A program made the translations under genes and the position numbers. DNA of 64,000 nucleotides from an uncultured Clostridia bacterium (GTDB taxonomy: Bacteria > Bacillota > Clostridia > UBA1381), in contig CANQQZ010000007.1 of the NCBI GenBank assembly GCA_947626135.1, positions 43,055 to 107,054 of the forward strand. Reading direction: 5' to 3'. Shown in pieces: positions 18,720 to 29,415 of this stretch (the stretch's first letter is position 1; the number at the start of each line of letters is the position of its first letter). A model generated the notes under the pieces. It made no database searches. It saw only the letters and a list, made by a program, of their open reading frames with translations, and was not told the origin of the DNA.

Positions 18720-19412
18720 TTACTGTTTTGACTTGTTCAGCTCGGCAGCAAGCTTAATAAGGCATTTTTTCTCAATGCGGCTCACATAGCTGCGGCTTAT
18801 TCCCAGAATTTCCGCAATCTCCTTTTGAGTTTTTCTGCGTGTGCCGTTCAAGCCGTACCTCCAGCGGACGATATTTATTTCATTGGCATTCAGCGCGCGC
18901 TTCATCGCGTCGTACAGCTTTTGTATTTCAATCTTTCGGAATATCGTTTCCGCTATATCGTAATTGTCGCTTGTAAGTATATCGGAGAATGTCATGTTGT
19001 TTCCTTCCTTATCCGTGCCTATACATTCGTCCATCGATATCTCGTTTTGCAGCTTGCGGCTGCTTCTCAGCACCATGAGAACCTCGTTTTCTATACACCG
19101 CGCAATATAGCTTGACAGCCGCGGATTCTTCTGCGGGTCAAACGTATTTATGCCCTTTATAAGTCCTATTGTACCTATTGAAATCAAATCCTCAAGATTT
19201 TTTTCATCGGCATACTTTTTCGCGATATGCGCGACAAGCCGTAAATTCCGCTCTATCAATATATTTTTCGCCGTTTCGTCACCGTTCGCGTATGCTTCGA
19301 TATATTTCTGCTCCTCCTCATTTGTCAGCGGCTTGGGAAACGCGGCGCTGCCCGTAACATATCCGGCCAGAACGAGCACGGTCTTAATCCATTCAAAAAA
19401 TACCGGTACCAA
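18720..19412 (-). CDS. sigK: sporulation sigma factor SigK (pro-sigma-K), uninterrupted
   Basis: YVTGSAAFPKPL processing-site region, LRLVAHIAKKY, ISIGTIGLIKGI, DKEGN and ISRSYVSRIEKK match SigK rather than SigE. The ORF is open to the ATG at 19448. However, a strong GGGAGGTG sits 7 nt before an in-frame TTG at 19412, which gives a roughly 17-aa pro-sequence like Bacillus. Confidence 0.85.
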   Translation of the reverse strand: MVPVFFEWIKTVLVLAGYVTGSAAFPKPLTNEEEQKYIEAYANGDETAKNILIERNLRLVAHIAKKYADEKNLEDLISIGTIGLIKGINTFDPQKNPRLSSYIARCIENEVLMVLRSSRKLQNEISMDECIGTDKEGNNMTFSDILTSDNYDIAETIFRKIEIQKLYDAMKRALNANEINIVRWRYGLNGTRRKTQKEIAEILGISRSYVSRIEKKCLIKLAAELNKSKQ

Positions 19413-19592
19413 AATTACACCTCCCGATAAATATTTATGCCGTATCATTTAAAATACTGCCTGTACCCCGCTTGTAAATTTGCCGATAAAAATAACAAAA
19501 TTATTACAATGCCGTAACACATATGGAAATCCCATGTCAAGTATGATATAATTATTTGAATAATGATATTTTTTTAGAAAGGCGATATTAAA

Positions 19593-22109
19593 ATGGCTAA
19601 AAAAAAGCGTGCCGCATCAAGCAAAAGCAAGGCGGCTGCTTCAGCAAACAAAAAACAGAAACGGGACAACGATTGTTTTGTGTGGCACCTTATAATAGTG
19701 TCGCTGAGCGCGTTGTTTCTCGGCGTGTTTATATATACCGGAGGCGACGCCATAGTCAGCGCGTTCGTAAGAAATATTATGACAGGTTTTTTCGGCGCGG
19801 CTGCGTATATCATTCCGCCCGCGCTCGCCGCGCAGGCGGTATACTTATTCTATACGAAAAGCGTAAGGAAATTCTGGACAAAATTTATTTTGTCCATGCT
19901 TGCGTTTGTTAATTTATCCGCCATTATCCATCTTATGACTGCTTCGGATTTTTCATCTGTTGCAAGCTCTGTCGGAAACGGCGGCTACATCGGCGCGGCT
20001 GTTTCCGTTACCCTTATCAAGCTCGTTCAGACAATTGCGGCATATATAATTTTGATTATTACAATGCTTGTGCTGTTGGGAGCAATATCCGGCGTTTCCA
20101 CGCTAAAGGCTCTCGCGGCGGCTGTAAAGGATTTCGTCATATGGGCAAAGGACGCGTTTATAAGCTTCAGGGAAAGTCTTTATGATGATTATGAGGAAGA
20201 GGAGGAGGAATATGAGAATGACGAGGATATAACCCCGCCGGAACGAAAACGCACAACGCCGCGCAAAACCGATTCCGGATCCGCCGCCGACGCCAATATC
20301 GACGCGGCAAACTCCTTTGCCGCGCAAACGCCGAAAAGCGAAGGACAGGCTCCGGATCTATCCGATTATGATGAGTCGATTGACGCGATTTTCAGCCGCG
20401 ATTCCGCGGAGGAGGATAATTCCGCAACTCAGACGCTTGATATTCCCGTAGAGGTGAATACTTATAATACCGAAAAACCCGTTCATGAGGACATATCCGT
20501 ACCCGAAAGCATACCCGGCACGGCAAACGCAGTTCGCACTCCCGCTGAAAAGCCGGATGAAAAGCCACGAGAAAGGAAGATGACGGAAGCCGAAAAATCG
20601 GAGTTTAACGACGAGCTTGACGCGGCGATAGAGCAGAACTCAGCGCCCTATGCTTATCCGTCATTAAGTCTGTTAAACAGCGCGCCCGCAATGCCGCGCG
20701 ACCAGCGCGCGGAGCTTCGCGCCACGGCTGAAAAGCTTATATCCGTGCTCGACAGCTTCGGCGTCAAAGCCCGTCTCCTACAGGTCACACAAGGTCCCAC
20801 GGTTACAAGATACGAAATTCAGCTTGACAGCGGCACAAAGCTGTCAAAAATTGAGGGCTTGTCCAAGGATATAGCGCTTAATCTCGCTGTGAGCAATGTT
20901 CTTGTAGCGCCGGTTCCCGGCAAAGCCGCTGTCGGAATTGAAATTCCGAATAAAAAGGTCAGCACCGTCGGCTTGCAGGAGCTGCTTGCTTCAAAGGAAT
21001 TCACCTCAGCCAAATCAAAGCTTACATTTGCGCTCGGTAAGGATATCGGCGGCAACGTTGTCGTGAGCGATATAGCAAAAATGCCGCATATGCTTATAGC
21101 CGGAGCGACCGGCTCCGGTAAATCCGTGTGCATAAACACGATTATAATGAGCATTTTGTACAATGCCTCGCCGAGCGATGTAAAGCTTATAATGGTTGAC
21201 CCGAAGCGCGTTGAGCTCGGCGTTTACAACGGTATTCCACACCTGCTGGTTCCCGTTGTTACGGATCCGAAAAAAGCCGCGGGAGCGTTAAACTGGGCTG
21301 TCACTGAAATGATGCGCCGCTACGATTTATTTAACGAAACAAACACCAGAAAGATTGAATCATATAATAAGCTTATGCGCAGCACCGGCGGAGAGGAAAT
21401 CCCGCAGCTTGTAATTATAATAGACGAGCTTGCGGATTTGATGATGGTCGCGGCAAAGGAAGTGGAAAGCTACATCTGCCGTATCGCTCAGCTTGCAAGA
21501 GCCGCCGGCATCCATCTTATAATCGCGACACAGCGCCCCTCTGTTGACGTTATAACCGGTCTTATCAAGGCTAACATTCCATCCAGAATAGCTCTTGCCG
21601 TTTCATCGCAGGTGGACAGCCGCACCATTTTGGACCATGTCGGCGCGGAAAAGCTTTTAGGCAGGGGCGATATGCTGTTTCATCCCGCCGGAGCCCGCGA
21701 CGCAAGACGCGTGCAGGGCGCTTTTGTCGAGGATTCGGAAATTGAGCGGGTTCTTGGATTTATTAAGGAAAACTGCGGCGTGACAAGCTACAGTGAGGAT
21801 CTGGAGGATGAGATCGAGCGGCGCGCAACCGGCGAAAACGGCGTTACGCCTGATGTGGAGGATGACGGCGACTCCCTTTTGCCCGATGCAATAAACCTCG
21901 CCATAGAGCTAGGAAAAATTTCCACATCAATGATTCAGCGCCGCCTTGGCGTCGGCTACTCCCGCGCCGGCAGAATTGTGGATCAAATGGAAAAGCGTGG
22001 GATTATATCGGGTCCAAACGGTTCAAAGCCGCGCGAGGTGCTTGCCGGCGCCTCAAACGCGATCGTATCCGCCGACAGCTATGGTAACGGAGATGACGAG
22101 GATGAATGA
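19593..22109 (+). CDS. ftsK: DNA translocase FtsK/SpoIIIE
   Basis: N-terminal TM segments, an acidic linker, Walker [14 protein letters not shown], Walker [11 protein letters not shown] and a C-terminal gamma domain ([21 protein letters not shown]). Confidence 0.95.
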   Translation: MAKKKRAASSKSKAAASANKKQKRDNDCFVWHLIIVSLSALFLGVFIYTGGDAIVSAFVRNIMTGFFGAAAYIIPPALAAQAVYLFYTKSVRKFWTKFILSMLAFVNLSAIIHLMTASDFSSVASSVGNGGYIGAAVSVTLIKLVQTIAAYIILIITMLVLLGAISGVSTLKALAAAVKDFVIWAKDAFISFRESLYDDYEEEEEEYENDEDITPPERKRTTPRKTDSGSAADANIDAANSFAAQTPKSEGQAPDLSDYDESIDAIFSRDSAEEDNSATQTLDIPVEVNTYNTEKPVHEDISVPESIPGTANAVRTPAEKPDEKPRERKMTEAEKSEFNDELDAAIEQNSAPYAYPSLSLLNSAPAMPRDQRAELRATAEKLISVLDSFGVKARLLQVTQGPTVTRYEIQLDSGTKLSKIEGLSKDIALNLAVSNVLVAPVPGKAAVGIEIPNKKVSTVGLQELLASKEFTSAKSKLTFALGKDIGGNVVVSDIAKMPHMLIAGATGSGKSVCINTIIMSILYNASPSDVKLIMVDPKRVELGVYNGIPHLLVPVVTDPKKAAGALNWAVTEMMRRYDLFNETNTRKIESYNKLMRSTGGEEIPQLVIIIDELADLMMVAAKEVESYICRIAQLARAAGIHLIIATQRPSVDVITGLIKANIPSRIALAVSSQVDSRTILDHVGAEKLLGRGDMLFHPAGARDARRVQGAFVEDSEIERVLGFIKENCGVTSYSEDLEDEIERRATGENGVTPDVEDDGDSLLPDAINLAIELGKISTSMIQRRLGVGYSRAGRIVDQMEKRGIISGPNGSKPREVLAGASNAIVSADSYGNGDDEDE

Positions 22110-24009
22110 TTTTCTTCCCGTAAACAGAAGCGACATGGACGAGCGCGGCTGGACGGAATGTGATTTTATATACATTGTGGGCGACGCGTATGTCGATCAT
22201 CCAAGCTTCGGACACGCCATCATATCGCGTGTGCTCGAAAGCCGCGGCTACAAGGTGGGCATTATATCGCTCCCCGACCGAAAAAGCGCCGATGATTTTA
22301 AAAGGCTGGGCAAGCCGCGTCTCGGAGCGCTCGTATGCGCCGGAAATATTGACAGCATGGTAAATCACTATACCGTATCGAAAAAACGCCGCAGCAGCGA
22401 TGCTTACGCTCCGGGAAACAAAGCGGGGCAGCGTCCCGACAGAGCCGTTATTGTGTACTGCAACCGTGTGCGCGAGGCGTTTGGGAGCATACCGATAATC
22501 ATAGGCGGCGTGGAGGCAAGTCTGCGGCGCTTCGCGCATTACGATTATTGGGACGATAAAATACGGCGCTCGATATTGTTTGACAGCAAGGCAAATATCC
22601 TGATATATGGCATGGGAGAACGTCAGATTGTCGAGATTGCCGACAGATTGAACAGCGGCGAGGATATATCCGACATAAAAAATATTGCCGGCACATGCAT
22701 TATTTCACGTTCCGATGAAGGAGCCGAAATAATTCCTTCGTATGATGAGTGTACCGAAAGCAAGAATGCATACGCCGTATCATGCCGCAGGCAATATTAC
22801 GAGCAGAACCCGTACACCGGCAAGACTCTCGCGCAGCGTCACGGCGACAGATACCTGATACAATATCCGCCCGCCCTGCCGCTTGAAACCGACGAGTTGG
22901 ATTACGTGTATGATCTTCCGTATATGAGAACATATCATCCGTCGTATGAAAAGCTCGGCGGCATAAAGGCTCTCGAGGAGGTCAAGTTCTCTCTTTCGAT
23001 GAACCGAGGCTGCTATGGAAACTGTAATTTCTGCGCGCTCGCTTTTCATCAGGGGCGCATTGTCACCTCGCGCAGCGATAATTCGCTTATAGCCGAAGCG
23101 GAGGCTATGACGCGCGACAAAGATTTTAAAGGATATATCCACGACGTAGGAGGTCCCACGGCAAATTTCCGGGATTACGCGTGCGAAAAGCAAAAATTTT
23201 CAGGAGCATGCAAGGACAGGCAGTGCTTATATCCCAAGCCGTGCCCGAATATGCGCGTATCACACAAAAGATACCTGGAGCTTCTGCGCAAGCTTCGAAA
23301 AATCAAGGGCGTCAAAAAGGTGTTCATACGCTCCGGCATTCGCTTTGACTACGTTATGGCGGATAAGGACGACTCCTTCCTGCGCGAGATGTGCGAGTAC
23401 CACATAAGCGGTCAGCTGCGCACCGCGCCGGAGCATGTAAGCAATAATGTGCTGAAATACATGGGAAAGCCGTCAAACGGCGTCTATGAAGCTTTTTCCG
23501 ATAAATTTTATAAAATAAACGAGCAAATAGGAAAAAAGCAATTTATCGTTCCCTACCTGATGTCGAGCCATCCCGGCAGCACCCTGCGCGACGCCGTAAG
23601 GCTTGCAGAATATTTAAACGAGCATCATATTAATCCAGAACAGGTTCAGGATTTTTATCCCACCCCGGGAACCATTTCGACATGCATGTATTACACAGGT
23701 CTCGACCCGTTTACAATGAAACCCGTATATGTGCCGAAATCCGGCAAAGAGAAAGCCATGCAGCGCGCTCTTCTGCAATTTAAGAATCCGGATAATTACA
23801 GGCTTGTGTACGAGGCGCTTCAAAAAACGGGCAGAACCGATTTGATAGGCTATTCGCCGAGATGTCTTATAAAACCGCCTAAGGGTGATATATTAAATGA
23901 GCAAAGGAGAGATAAAAATGGCACAAATTTTAAAAGGAAAGGACGTTTCCCAAAGAATAAAGGACGAGCTGCGGGACGAGGTCAAAGGGCTGAAGGAGGA
24001 AGGCATTAA
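22102..24009 (+). CDS. ygiQ: YgiQ-family radical SAM protein
   Basis: MNDFLPV...[18 protein letters not shown]-terminal domain and a [10 protein letters not shown] cluster motif. The start is set at the ATG at 22102 (ATGAATGA overlap with the ftsK stop). The basic C-terminal tail overlaps folD. Confidence 0.85.
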   Translation: MNDFLPVNRSDMDERGWTECDFIYIVGDAYVDHPSFGHAIISRVLESRGYKVGIISLPDRKSADDFKRLGKPRLGALVCAGNIDSMVNHYTVSKKRRSSDAYAPGNKAGQRPDRAVIVYCNRVREAFGSIPIIIGGVEASLRRFAHYDYWDDKIRRSILFDSKANILIYGMGERQIVEIADRLNSGEDISDIKNIAGTCIISRSDEGAEIIPSYDECTESKNAYAVSCRRQYYEQNPYTGKTLAQRHGDRYLIQYPPALPLETDELDYVYDLPYMRTYHPSYEKLGGIKALEEVKFSLSMNRGCYGNCNFCALAFHQGRIVTSRSDNSLIAEAEAMTRDKDFKGYIHDVGGPTANFRDYACEKQKFSGACKDRQCLYPKPCPNMRVSHKRYLELLRKLRKIKGVKKVFIRSGIRFDYVMADKDDSFLREMCEYHISGQLRTAPEHVSNNVLKYMGKPSNGVYEAFSDKFYKINEQIGKKQFIVPYLMSSHPGSTLRDAVRLAEYLNEHHINPEQVQDFYPTPGTISTCMYYTGLDPFTMKPVYVPKSGKEKAMQRALLQFKNPDNYRLVYEALQKTGRTDLIGYSPRCLIKPPKGDILNEQRRDKNGTNFKRKGRFPKNKGRAAGRGQRAEGGRH

Positions 24010-24769
24010 CCCCGGTCTTGCCGTAATTATAGTCGGTGATGATCCCGCCAGCAGAGTATACGTCAACAATAAGAAAAAGGCATGCGAATACTGCGGAATA
24101 AAATCCGAGGAATACGCGCTGAGCGCCGAAGCAACTCAAAATGAGCTGATAGATTTAATAAAGGAGCTTAACGGCAGATCCGATATTTCAGGCATTTTAT
24201 GTCAGCTTCCCTTACCCGGACATATAAATGAAGAGGCTGTAATTAACGCTATTGACCCGAAAAAGGACGTGGATGCATTTCATCCGGTAAATGTCGGTAA
24301 AATTATGATTGGGGATTACGATTTTGTGCCGTGCACTCCCGCAGGCGTAATGGAGCTTATTCACGAATCGGGCATAGACGCATCCGGGAAAGAATGCGTT
24401 GTCGTCGGACGCTCAAATATCGTGGGCAAGCCTCAGGCAATGCTTCTGCTGCATGAAAACGGCACCGTTACCATATGCCATTCACGCACAAAAAATCTCG
24501 CCGAAAAGACAAAAAAAGCCGATATTCTTATAGCGGCGGTCGGAAAGCCGAATTTCATAACGGGCGATATGATAAAACCCGGCGCAGTTGTCATAGATGT
24601 CGGAATAAACCGTATGCCGGATAAAACGCTATGCGGCGATGTGGAATTTGAGTCGGCTGCAAAAATCGCGGGCGCGATTACACCCGTACCGGGCGGCGTC
24701 GGTCCCATGACTATCGCCATGCTGATGAAAAATACAGTCAGGGCAGCGGTTATCAATAAAACAAAATAA
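23918..24769 (+). CDS. folD: bifunctional methylenetetrahydrofolate dehydrogenase/cyclohydrolase
   Basis: [38 protein letters not shown]. The ATG at 23918 is preceded by AAAGGAGA. Confidence 0.93.
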   Translation: MAQILKGKDVSQRIKDELRDEVKGLKEEGINPGLAVIIVGDDPASRVYVNNKKKACEYCGIKSEEYALSAEATQNELIDLIKELNGRSDISGILCQLPLPGHINEEAVINAIDPKKDVDAFHPVNVGKIMIGDYDFVPCTPAGVMELIHESGIDASGKECVVVGRSNIVGKPQAMLLLHENGTVTICHSRTKNLAEKTKKADILIAAVGKPNFITGDMIKPGAVVIDVGINRMPDKTLCGDVEFESAAKIAGAITPVPGGVGPMTIAMLMKNTVRAAVINKTK

Positions 24770-24827
24770 AAACAACGGCACGGCTATATCCGCCGTTCGA
24801 AAATACAAATAAGCAAGAGGTGGTAGT

Positions 24828-26036
24828 ATGAACCTGTCAAAAAACAACATCAAAAAAATCTGCGCAATAATTCTGTTCGCAATTGTGGCTTATGTGGTGA
24901 TACAAAATCCCGATAAGCTCCTCGGCATCGCCGGCTTTTTGTGGGGAGTTATATTCCCGTTCGCGCTCGGGCTGATTATCGCGTATATAATGAATATACC
25001 AATGGTGTCAATAGAAAAGCTGCTGTTTAAAAAGCGTTTTAAAATTATTAAAAACGCAGCCGGCGAAGAACAGCGCATAGACAAAAAATATGTTCGCCCT
25101 TTGGGAATACTTATTACGTTCATACTTCTGATCGCGCTGCTTGCCGGTATTTTGCTCATTATCATACCGCAGACAAGCTCTACGACAGTCGAGCTTGTGC
25201 GCACCGCAAATGTGTTTTTCCCGCGCGCGCAGCATTGGCTTATGGAAAATTTCGCATATAACGAATATATTATGAATTTAATACGTTCTGTGGACTTTGA
25301 CCTGTCAAAGATATTCGATACGGCGATAGATTTCTTTAAAAACGGCGCCGGCAACGTTCTTTCGGGCACCTTCTCCGCGGCGAAAGCCGTTGTATCCGGA
25401 ATCAGCTCATTTGTTATAGGTCTGATATTCTCTTTCTATCTGCTCGCGAAAAAGGAAAATCTGCTCCGTCAGGTAAATATGCTTATTGACGCGGCAATAC
25501 CGGAAAAGGCGGCGAAAAAAATACGCTATATTGCCACTCTCAGCAATAACACGTTTTCAAGCTTCATCGCCGGACAATGCCTTGAGGCTCTTATACTGGG
25601 ACTTATGTTTTTTATAGTGCTCGCCATCGTGCGAATACCTTATGCGCTCCTTATAAGCGTCCTTATCGCCGTGACCTCCCTTATACCCGTATTCGGAGCC
25701 TTTATAGGCTGTGTTATCGGCGCATTTTTGGTGCTTATGGTAAGTCCCGTCCAGGCGCTCATATTCGTGGGTATATTCCTTGTCCTTCAGCAGATCGAGG
25801 GAAATCTTATTTATCCGCGCGTTGTGGGAAACTCTGTCGGACTGCCCTCCGTATGGGTGCTCGCGGCAATCACTGTAGGCAGCAGCCTTATGGGTATAGC
25901 CGGTATGCTGTTCTTTATACCGCTTACGTCGGTAGTGTATACTCTCTTGCGCGAATGGACATATAAGCGTCTCGGCGAAAAACATATTTCCGTGCCTGAT
26001 GAGATAGCCTCCGATGAAAATAAAGATATAGAGTGA
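24828..26036 (+). CDS. AI-2E family transporter (PerM/YtvI-like integral membrane protein)
   Basis: Polytopic 402-aa protein with the family-typical ...IPVFGAFIG... and QQIEGNLIYPRVVGNSVGLP segments. Confidence 0.75.
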   Translation: MNLSKNNIKKICAIILFAIVAYVVIQNPDKLLGIAGFLWGVIFPFALGLIIAYIMNIPMVSIEKLLFKKRFKIIKNAAGEEQRIDKKYVRPLGILITFILLIALLAGILLIIIPQTSSTTVELVRTANVFFPRAQHWLMENFAYNEYIMNLIRSVDFDLSKIFDTAIDFFKNGAGNVLSGTFSAAKAVVSGISSFVIGLIFSFYLLAKKENLLRQVNMLIDAAIPEKAAKKIRYIATLSNNTFSSFIAGQCLEALILGLMFFIVLAIVRIPYALLISVLIAVTSLIPVFGAFIGCVIGAFLVLMVSPVQALIFVGIFLVLQQIEGNLIYPRVVGNSVGLPSVWVLAAITVGSSLMGIAGMLFFIPLTSVVYTLLREWTYKRLGEKHISVPDEIASDENKDIE

Positions 26037-26057
26037 TAAAACTTCTGTCATATCCTG

Positions 26058-26096
26058 GAAAAGTATTCATAATATTAATTGTGAATACTTTTTTTG
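26058..26096 (+). terminator. intrinsic terminator after the AI-2E transporter gene
   Basis: Stem gaaaagtattca/tgaatactttt followed by a T-run (ttttttg). Confidence 0.7.
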
Positions 26097-26113
26097 CATA
26101 GGAGGACAGACAA

Positions 26114-27652
26114 ATGGAGTTAATGCAGGAAACCTTTACCGTAAGCCGAACCGTATGTCGCGGCGTGACGCAGACAATGAGCGGCGGGGATATTATTGTC
26201 CCCGACACAAAAGCGGATATCCTGAAAATCATACAGGTTGACGCGGAAGCGCATATAACCGACAGTATAATACGAGGCGGAAAATTAATCTTATCCGGCA
26301 GAACAGATCTTAAGATTTTATATATCCCCGACTCCGACAAGGATAAAATAAGCAGCATATTATCCTCGTTTGATTTCTCGCAGGACATAAGCTGCGCGAA
26401 CGCGGTTGAAAATATGCAGGTCATAGCCTCGGCAAGCGTGTCCCGCGCCGAGTTTTCCGTCATAAACAGCCGCAAACTGCACATCAAAACAATTATAGCA
26501 CTCGATTATGAGGTGACCGAAACGGAAGAGGCGTCTATCGCAACAGATACGGATGAGGAAAGCGGCGCACAGGCAAAGCGCGAAACAATCAATCTGCAAA
26601 ACATCGCCGATATATGCTCACACAGCTTTACCGTTCAGGAAAACCTTGAAATCCCGGGCTCTCAGTCTCCCGCGCGCGAGCTGCTAAAAACAGATGTCCA
26701 AATAACCGATACCGAATACAAAACCGTAACGGGAAGAATTATTTTAAAGGGTATGCTGAGCGTATGTCTGCTTTACATAAGCGACGACGGCAATATAGAG
26801 CATATAGAAACAGAGCTTCCGTTTACAGAGGTGGTAGACAGCTCCGGTGTCGGTGACGATTGCGTCTGCGTGACGGATTATGCCGTTTCGGGCGTTGACT
26901 GCGCACTGTCAGAGGATTCGGACGGCGAGCGCCGCGTTATAGACGCGGAGATCAGAGTTCAAGCACAGATTAAGGCGACGGAAAGCATGGCTCTTGAAAT
27001 GATAACGGACTGCTATGTGCCGTATAAGCACACCGAGCTGGTTAAGGAACCGCTGGAAATGGAGGAAATTATCGCGTCGCCGTCCTCGCAGAACACTCTC
27101 AAGGATATAGTTGAATTTCCTTCAGGAGTACCCTCGGTAAAAAGCGTATATAACGTTGTAATGAAGCCGTATCTCACAAAGTCCGAAGCGCAGGGCGGAC
27201 GTCTGCTTTGCGAAGGCAGGGTTGAGGCATATGTGCTGTATCTGTCCGACAGCACCGAAAACCCCGTTTACAGTGTACGGAAAGAGATACCCTTCGGATA
27301 TGTTCTTAATTATGATGATCAAAGCCCGGATTTGATTGCCAATGTTCGCGCTGATATCAGACACTCCGGATACAATCTTAATTCCGCGGGTGAGGTTGAG
27401 CTGCGCTGTATACTCGGCATTGACGCGGATATTATACGCCGCAGAAAGGACAATATTATAACCGACGTCGAGGTAAGTGATATATCAGCCGACGAGGACC
27501 GCGGCATTGTAATATATTTTGTTCAGTCCGGAGATACCCTTTGGGACATAGCAAAGCGGTACGCAGTGCCTATGGCAAGCATAATCCGTTACAATGACAT
27601 CGCCGACCCGGATAAGCTTGCCGTCGGCGAGCGCTTGTTCATTCCGGTATAA
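26114..27652 (+). CDS. DUF3794 (SPOCS) repeat protein with C-terminal LysM domain
   Basis: 512 aa with a C-terminal LysM (YFVQSGDTLWDIAKRYAVPMASIIRYNDIADPDKLAVGERLFIP). The upstream beta-rich repeats resemble the DUF3794 domains found in Clostridia LysM proteins. Confidence 0.6.
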   Translation: MELMQETFTVSRTVCRGVTQTMSGGDIIVPDTKADILKIIQVDAEAHITDSIIRGGKLILSGRTDLKILYIPDSDKDKISSILSSFDFSQDISCANAVENMQVIASASVSRAEFSVINSRKLHIKTIIALDYEVTETEEASIATDTDEESGAQAKRETINLQNIADICSHSFTVQENLEIPGSQSPARELLKTDVQITDTEYKTVTGRIILKGMLSVCLLYISDDGNIEHIETELPFTEVVDSSGVGDDCVCVTDYAVSGVDCALSEDSDGERRVIDAEIRVQAQIKATESMALEMITDCYVPYKHTELVKEPLEMEEIIASPSSQNTLKDIVEFPSGVPSVKSVYNVVMKPYLTKSEAQGGRLLCEGRVEAYVLYLSDSTENPVYSVRKEIPFGYVLNYDDQSPDLIANVRADIRHSGYNLNSAGEVELRCILGIDADIIRRRKDNIITDVEVSDISADEDRGIVIYFVQSGDTLWDIAKRYAVPMASIIRYNDIADPDKLAVGERLFIPV

Positions 27653-27681
27653 TTTACAAAAGCCGTTCCAAATGCGGCGCG

Positions 27682-27714
27682 AAAAGGGTACAGCCAATTC
27701 GGCTGTACCCTTTT
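27682..27714. terminator. bidirectional intrinsic terminator between convergent genes
   Basis: 14-bp perfect stem aaaagggtacagcc/ggctgtaccctttt with a 5-nt loop. The A/T runs are built into the stem ends. Confidence 0.75.
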
Positions 27715-27744
27715 CTCATGACCGCGGCGCCGGTTCGGTTTGTT

Positions 27745-29304
27745 TTATCTCCTTCCGGCTTTATATTTTCCGCGCTCTGTATATCTTTTTCTGGACTCAA
27801 ATTTCCGTCTTTCCTCAAAACGTCTGTGTTCCTCGGTACGTCTGTGACGCTTCGCCTTAATCTCTTCCTCCTTCTTTTTCGTCTCCTTAAATACCCAAAG
27901 CTTTTTCTTCGCCATAACCACGAGCGCAAGAACCGCTACGGCAAATACGCCTATTATAGCCTCCGCCGCCGGTATGCCCGCGTCCGGACGATTAATCATA
28001 TTGAAATCATCATCAAGCTCCGGTTCAGGCGATGGCGTCGGAATCGGTCCGACAATTTGAGCCGGTCCGACCAACGCGGGTTTCTTCGTCGGATTTGGAG
28101 TTATTTTCGGTATCGGGCTTGCCGAGGGTGTTCGAGTCGGTCTGGGCGACGTCTGAGCACTCGGTCTTCGCGTGGAGCTCGGTCTTGCCGTTGCTCTTGT
28201 GCTTGAGGAGCTTGATGAACTCGGACGAGGCGTTGCCCTTGTTCCTGAGGATGAATTTGATGAGCTTGATCCCGAGGAGGACGACGAGGAGGAGGACGAC
28301 GTTGAATTTGATTGTGTGTTTGACCCGTTCGGGCTTATCGTTATCGCGTCGCCGCTTTCAAAGTCAAAATATTCCGCCTTGCTTTGCATCTGCCGCGTGT
28401 TCGATACCAGCGCGCTCAGAGCAAACGCTGTGGCTGTTTCATCCGTGCCGTTATAATCCTGCGAAAATCCGCCGTCCGGCATCTGATACGTCAACAGCCC
28501 GTCCATCACGGTATTTCCGTTTTTTACAAATCTCTCATCCTGCTGTCCCACGCCGAGCGAATCCATTGCGAGCGATACAAGCGCCGTATCGGTCAGCGTG
28601 TAGAAATCACCGCTGTCGTTTTGCTGAGAGGACAAATATGACATCGCCTGATCCACGGCATCCTGACAGCTTACAGTGCTCTCTCCCTCCGCGTCCGGAT
28701 ATGTTACATCCGTATCGTTATAATAATCGGACAGAGCTATAACGGCTCCCGCCGTTTCTCCAACGCTGCCGAACGAGCCGTCCGGAAGCTGATATGACAG
28801 TATTTTCGCTATATAATCGTCTCTGCTCACGGGAGCATCCTCCGGCAGCTGCGTGTTGCCGGCATCGAGCGCAGTCAGCGCGCCGATATAATCCCCAACG
28901 CTGTTCAGAGATCGGTTGTATGTAGCGTCTCCCGCAAGGTCACGCCCTCCGAAATAGCCGCTGTCGCCGCCGAGCGCCTCCACAGCCATGAGACTGAGCT
29001 GCATGGACATGGTTGACGAGCTGTCGTTATAATTTTCGGCAACGCTGTCAAGCTCATTCAAATACGCGTCATAATCATAGCTTATGCCGGCTCTTTTCAA
29101 CGCGGTCACGGATATATCCGAGGCATCCGTTCCCGCGCTTCCGAGCGGATTTATATTTGCCTTCGTCCAATCTGCCGCCGTGGAAATTGCGTTTTCCAAA
29201 TCCGTCTGCGTATATTGCGCTTTGACCCTGACAATACCCGTTTGCATCGAAAAAGCAGCTGAAAACACCGCGAGCGAACATATAAGTGCAAATAGTCTTT
29301 TCAT
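27745..29304 (-). CDS. membrane-anchored surface protein with prenyltransferase/terpene-cyclase-like (alpha/alpha toroid) repeats
   Basis: Signal peptide MKRLFALICSLAVFSAAFS. Repeated Q-x-x-DG-x-F motifs (YQLPDGSFG, QQNDSGDFY, YQMPDGGFS). A Ser/Pro/Thr-rich stalk, one C-terminal TM (IIGVFAVAVLALVVM) and a Lys/Arg/Glu-rich tail. Confidence 0.55.
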   Translation of the reverse strand: MKRLFALICSLAVFSAAFSMQTGIVRVKAQYTQTDLENAISTAADWTKANINPLGSAGTDASDISVTALKRAGISYDYDAYLNELDSVAENYNDSSSTMSMQLSLMAVEALGGDSGYFGGRDLAGDATYNRSLNSVGDYIGALTALDAGNTQLPEDAPVSRDDYIAKILSYQLPDGSFGSVGETAGAVIALSDYYNDTDVTYPDAEGESTVSCQDAVDQAMSYLSSQQNDSGDFYTLTDTALVSLAMDSLGVGQQDERFVKNGNTVMDGLLTYQMPDGGFSQDYNGTDETATAFALSALVSNTRQMQSKAEYFDFESGDAITISPNGSNTQSNSTSSSSSSSSSGSSSSNSSSGTRATPRPSSSSSSSTRATARPSSTRRPSAQTSPRPTRTPSASPIPKITPNPTKKPALVGPAQIVGPIPTPSPEPELDDDFNMINRPDAGIPAAEAIIGVFAVAVLALVVMAKKKLWVFKETKKKEEEIKAKRHRRTEEHRRFEERRKFESRKRYTERGKYKAGRR

Positions 29305-29348
29305 TGTATATTAACTCCTTTTGGAACTCTGATACGTATTATTATATT

Positions 29349-29378
29349 ATTATACCACATTCCATACCGCTTTTTCAA
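29349..29378 (-). promoter_or_regulatory. putative sigma-A promoter of the surface-protein gene
   Basis: On the minus strand: TTGAAA, an 18-nt spacer ending in TGg, then TATAAT. Confidence 0.45.
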
Positions 29379-29415
29379 TGTTAACCGCCAAAAAAGTTTT
29401 GTTTTTTTTCACAAA

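Noticed and set aside
18720-19448. A skin-like prophage element interrupting sigK.
   Set aside because: The ORF is continuous through all sigma regions (2.x to 4.2), and no recombinase gene is nearby.
21946-22101. N-terminal extension of the ygiQ ORF overlapping the ftsK 3' end.
   Set aside because: The YgiQ family N-terminus (MNDFLPV...) starts at 22102 in an ATGAATGA overlap with the ftsK stop. The extension is out-of-frame ftsK sequence.
28032-28742. Plus-strand ORFs (236 aa and others) opposite the surface-protein gene.
   Set aside because: They are antisense to the Ser/Pro-rich low-complexity stalk, and their Arg/Leu-rich translations are artefactual.
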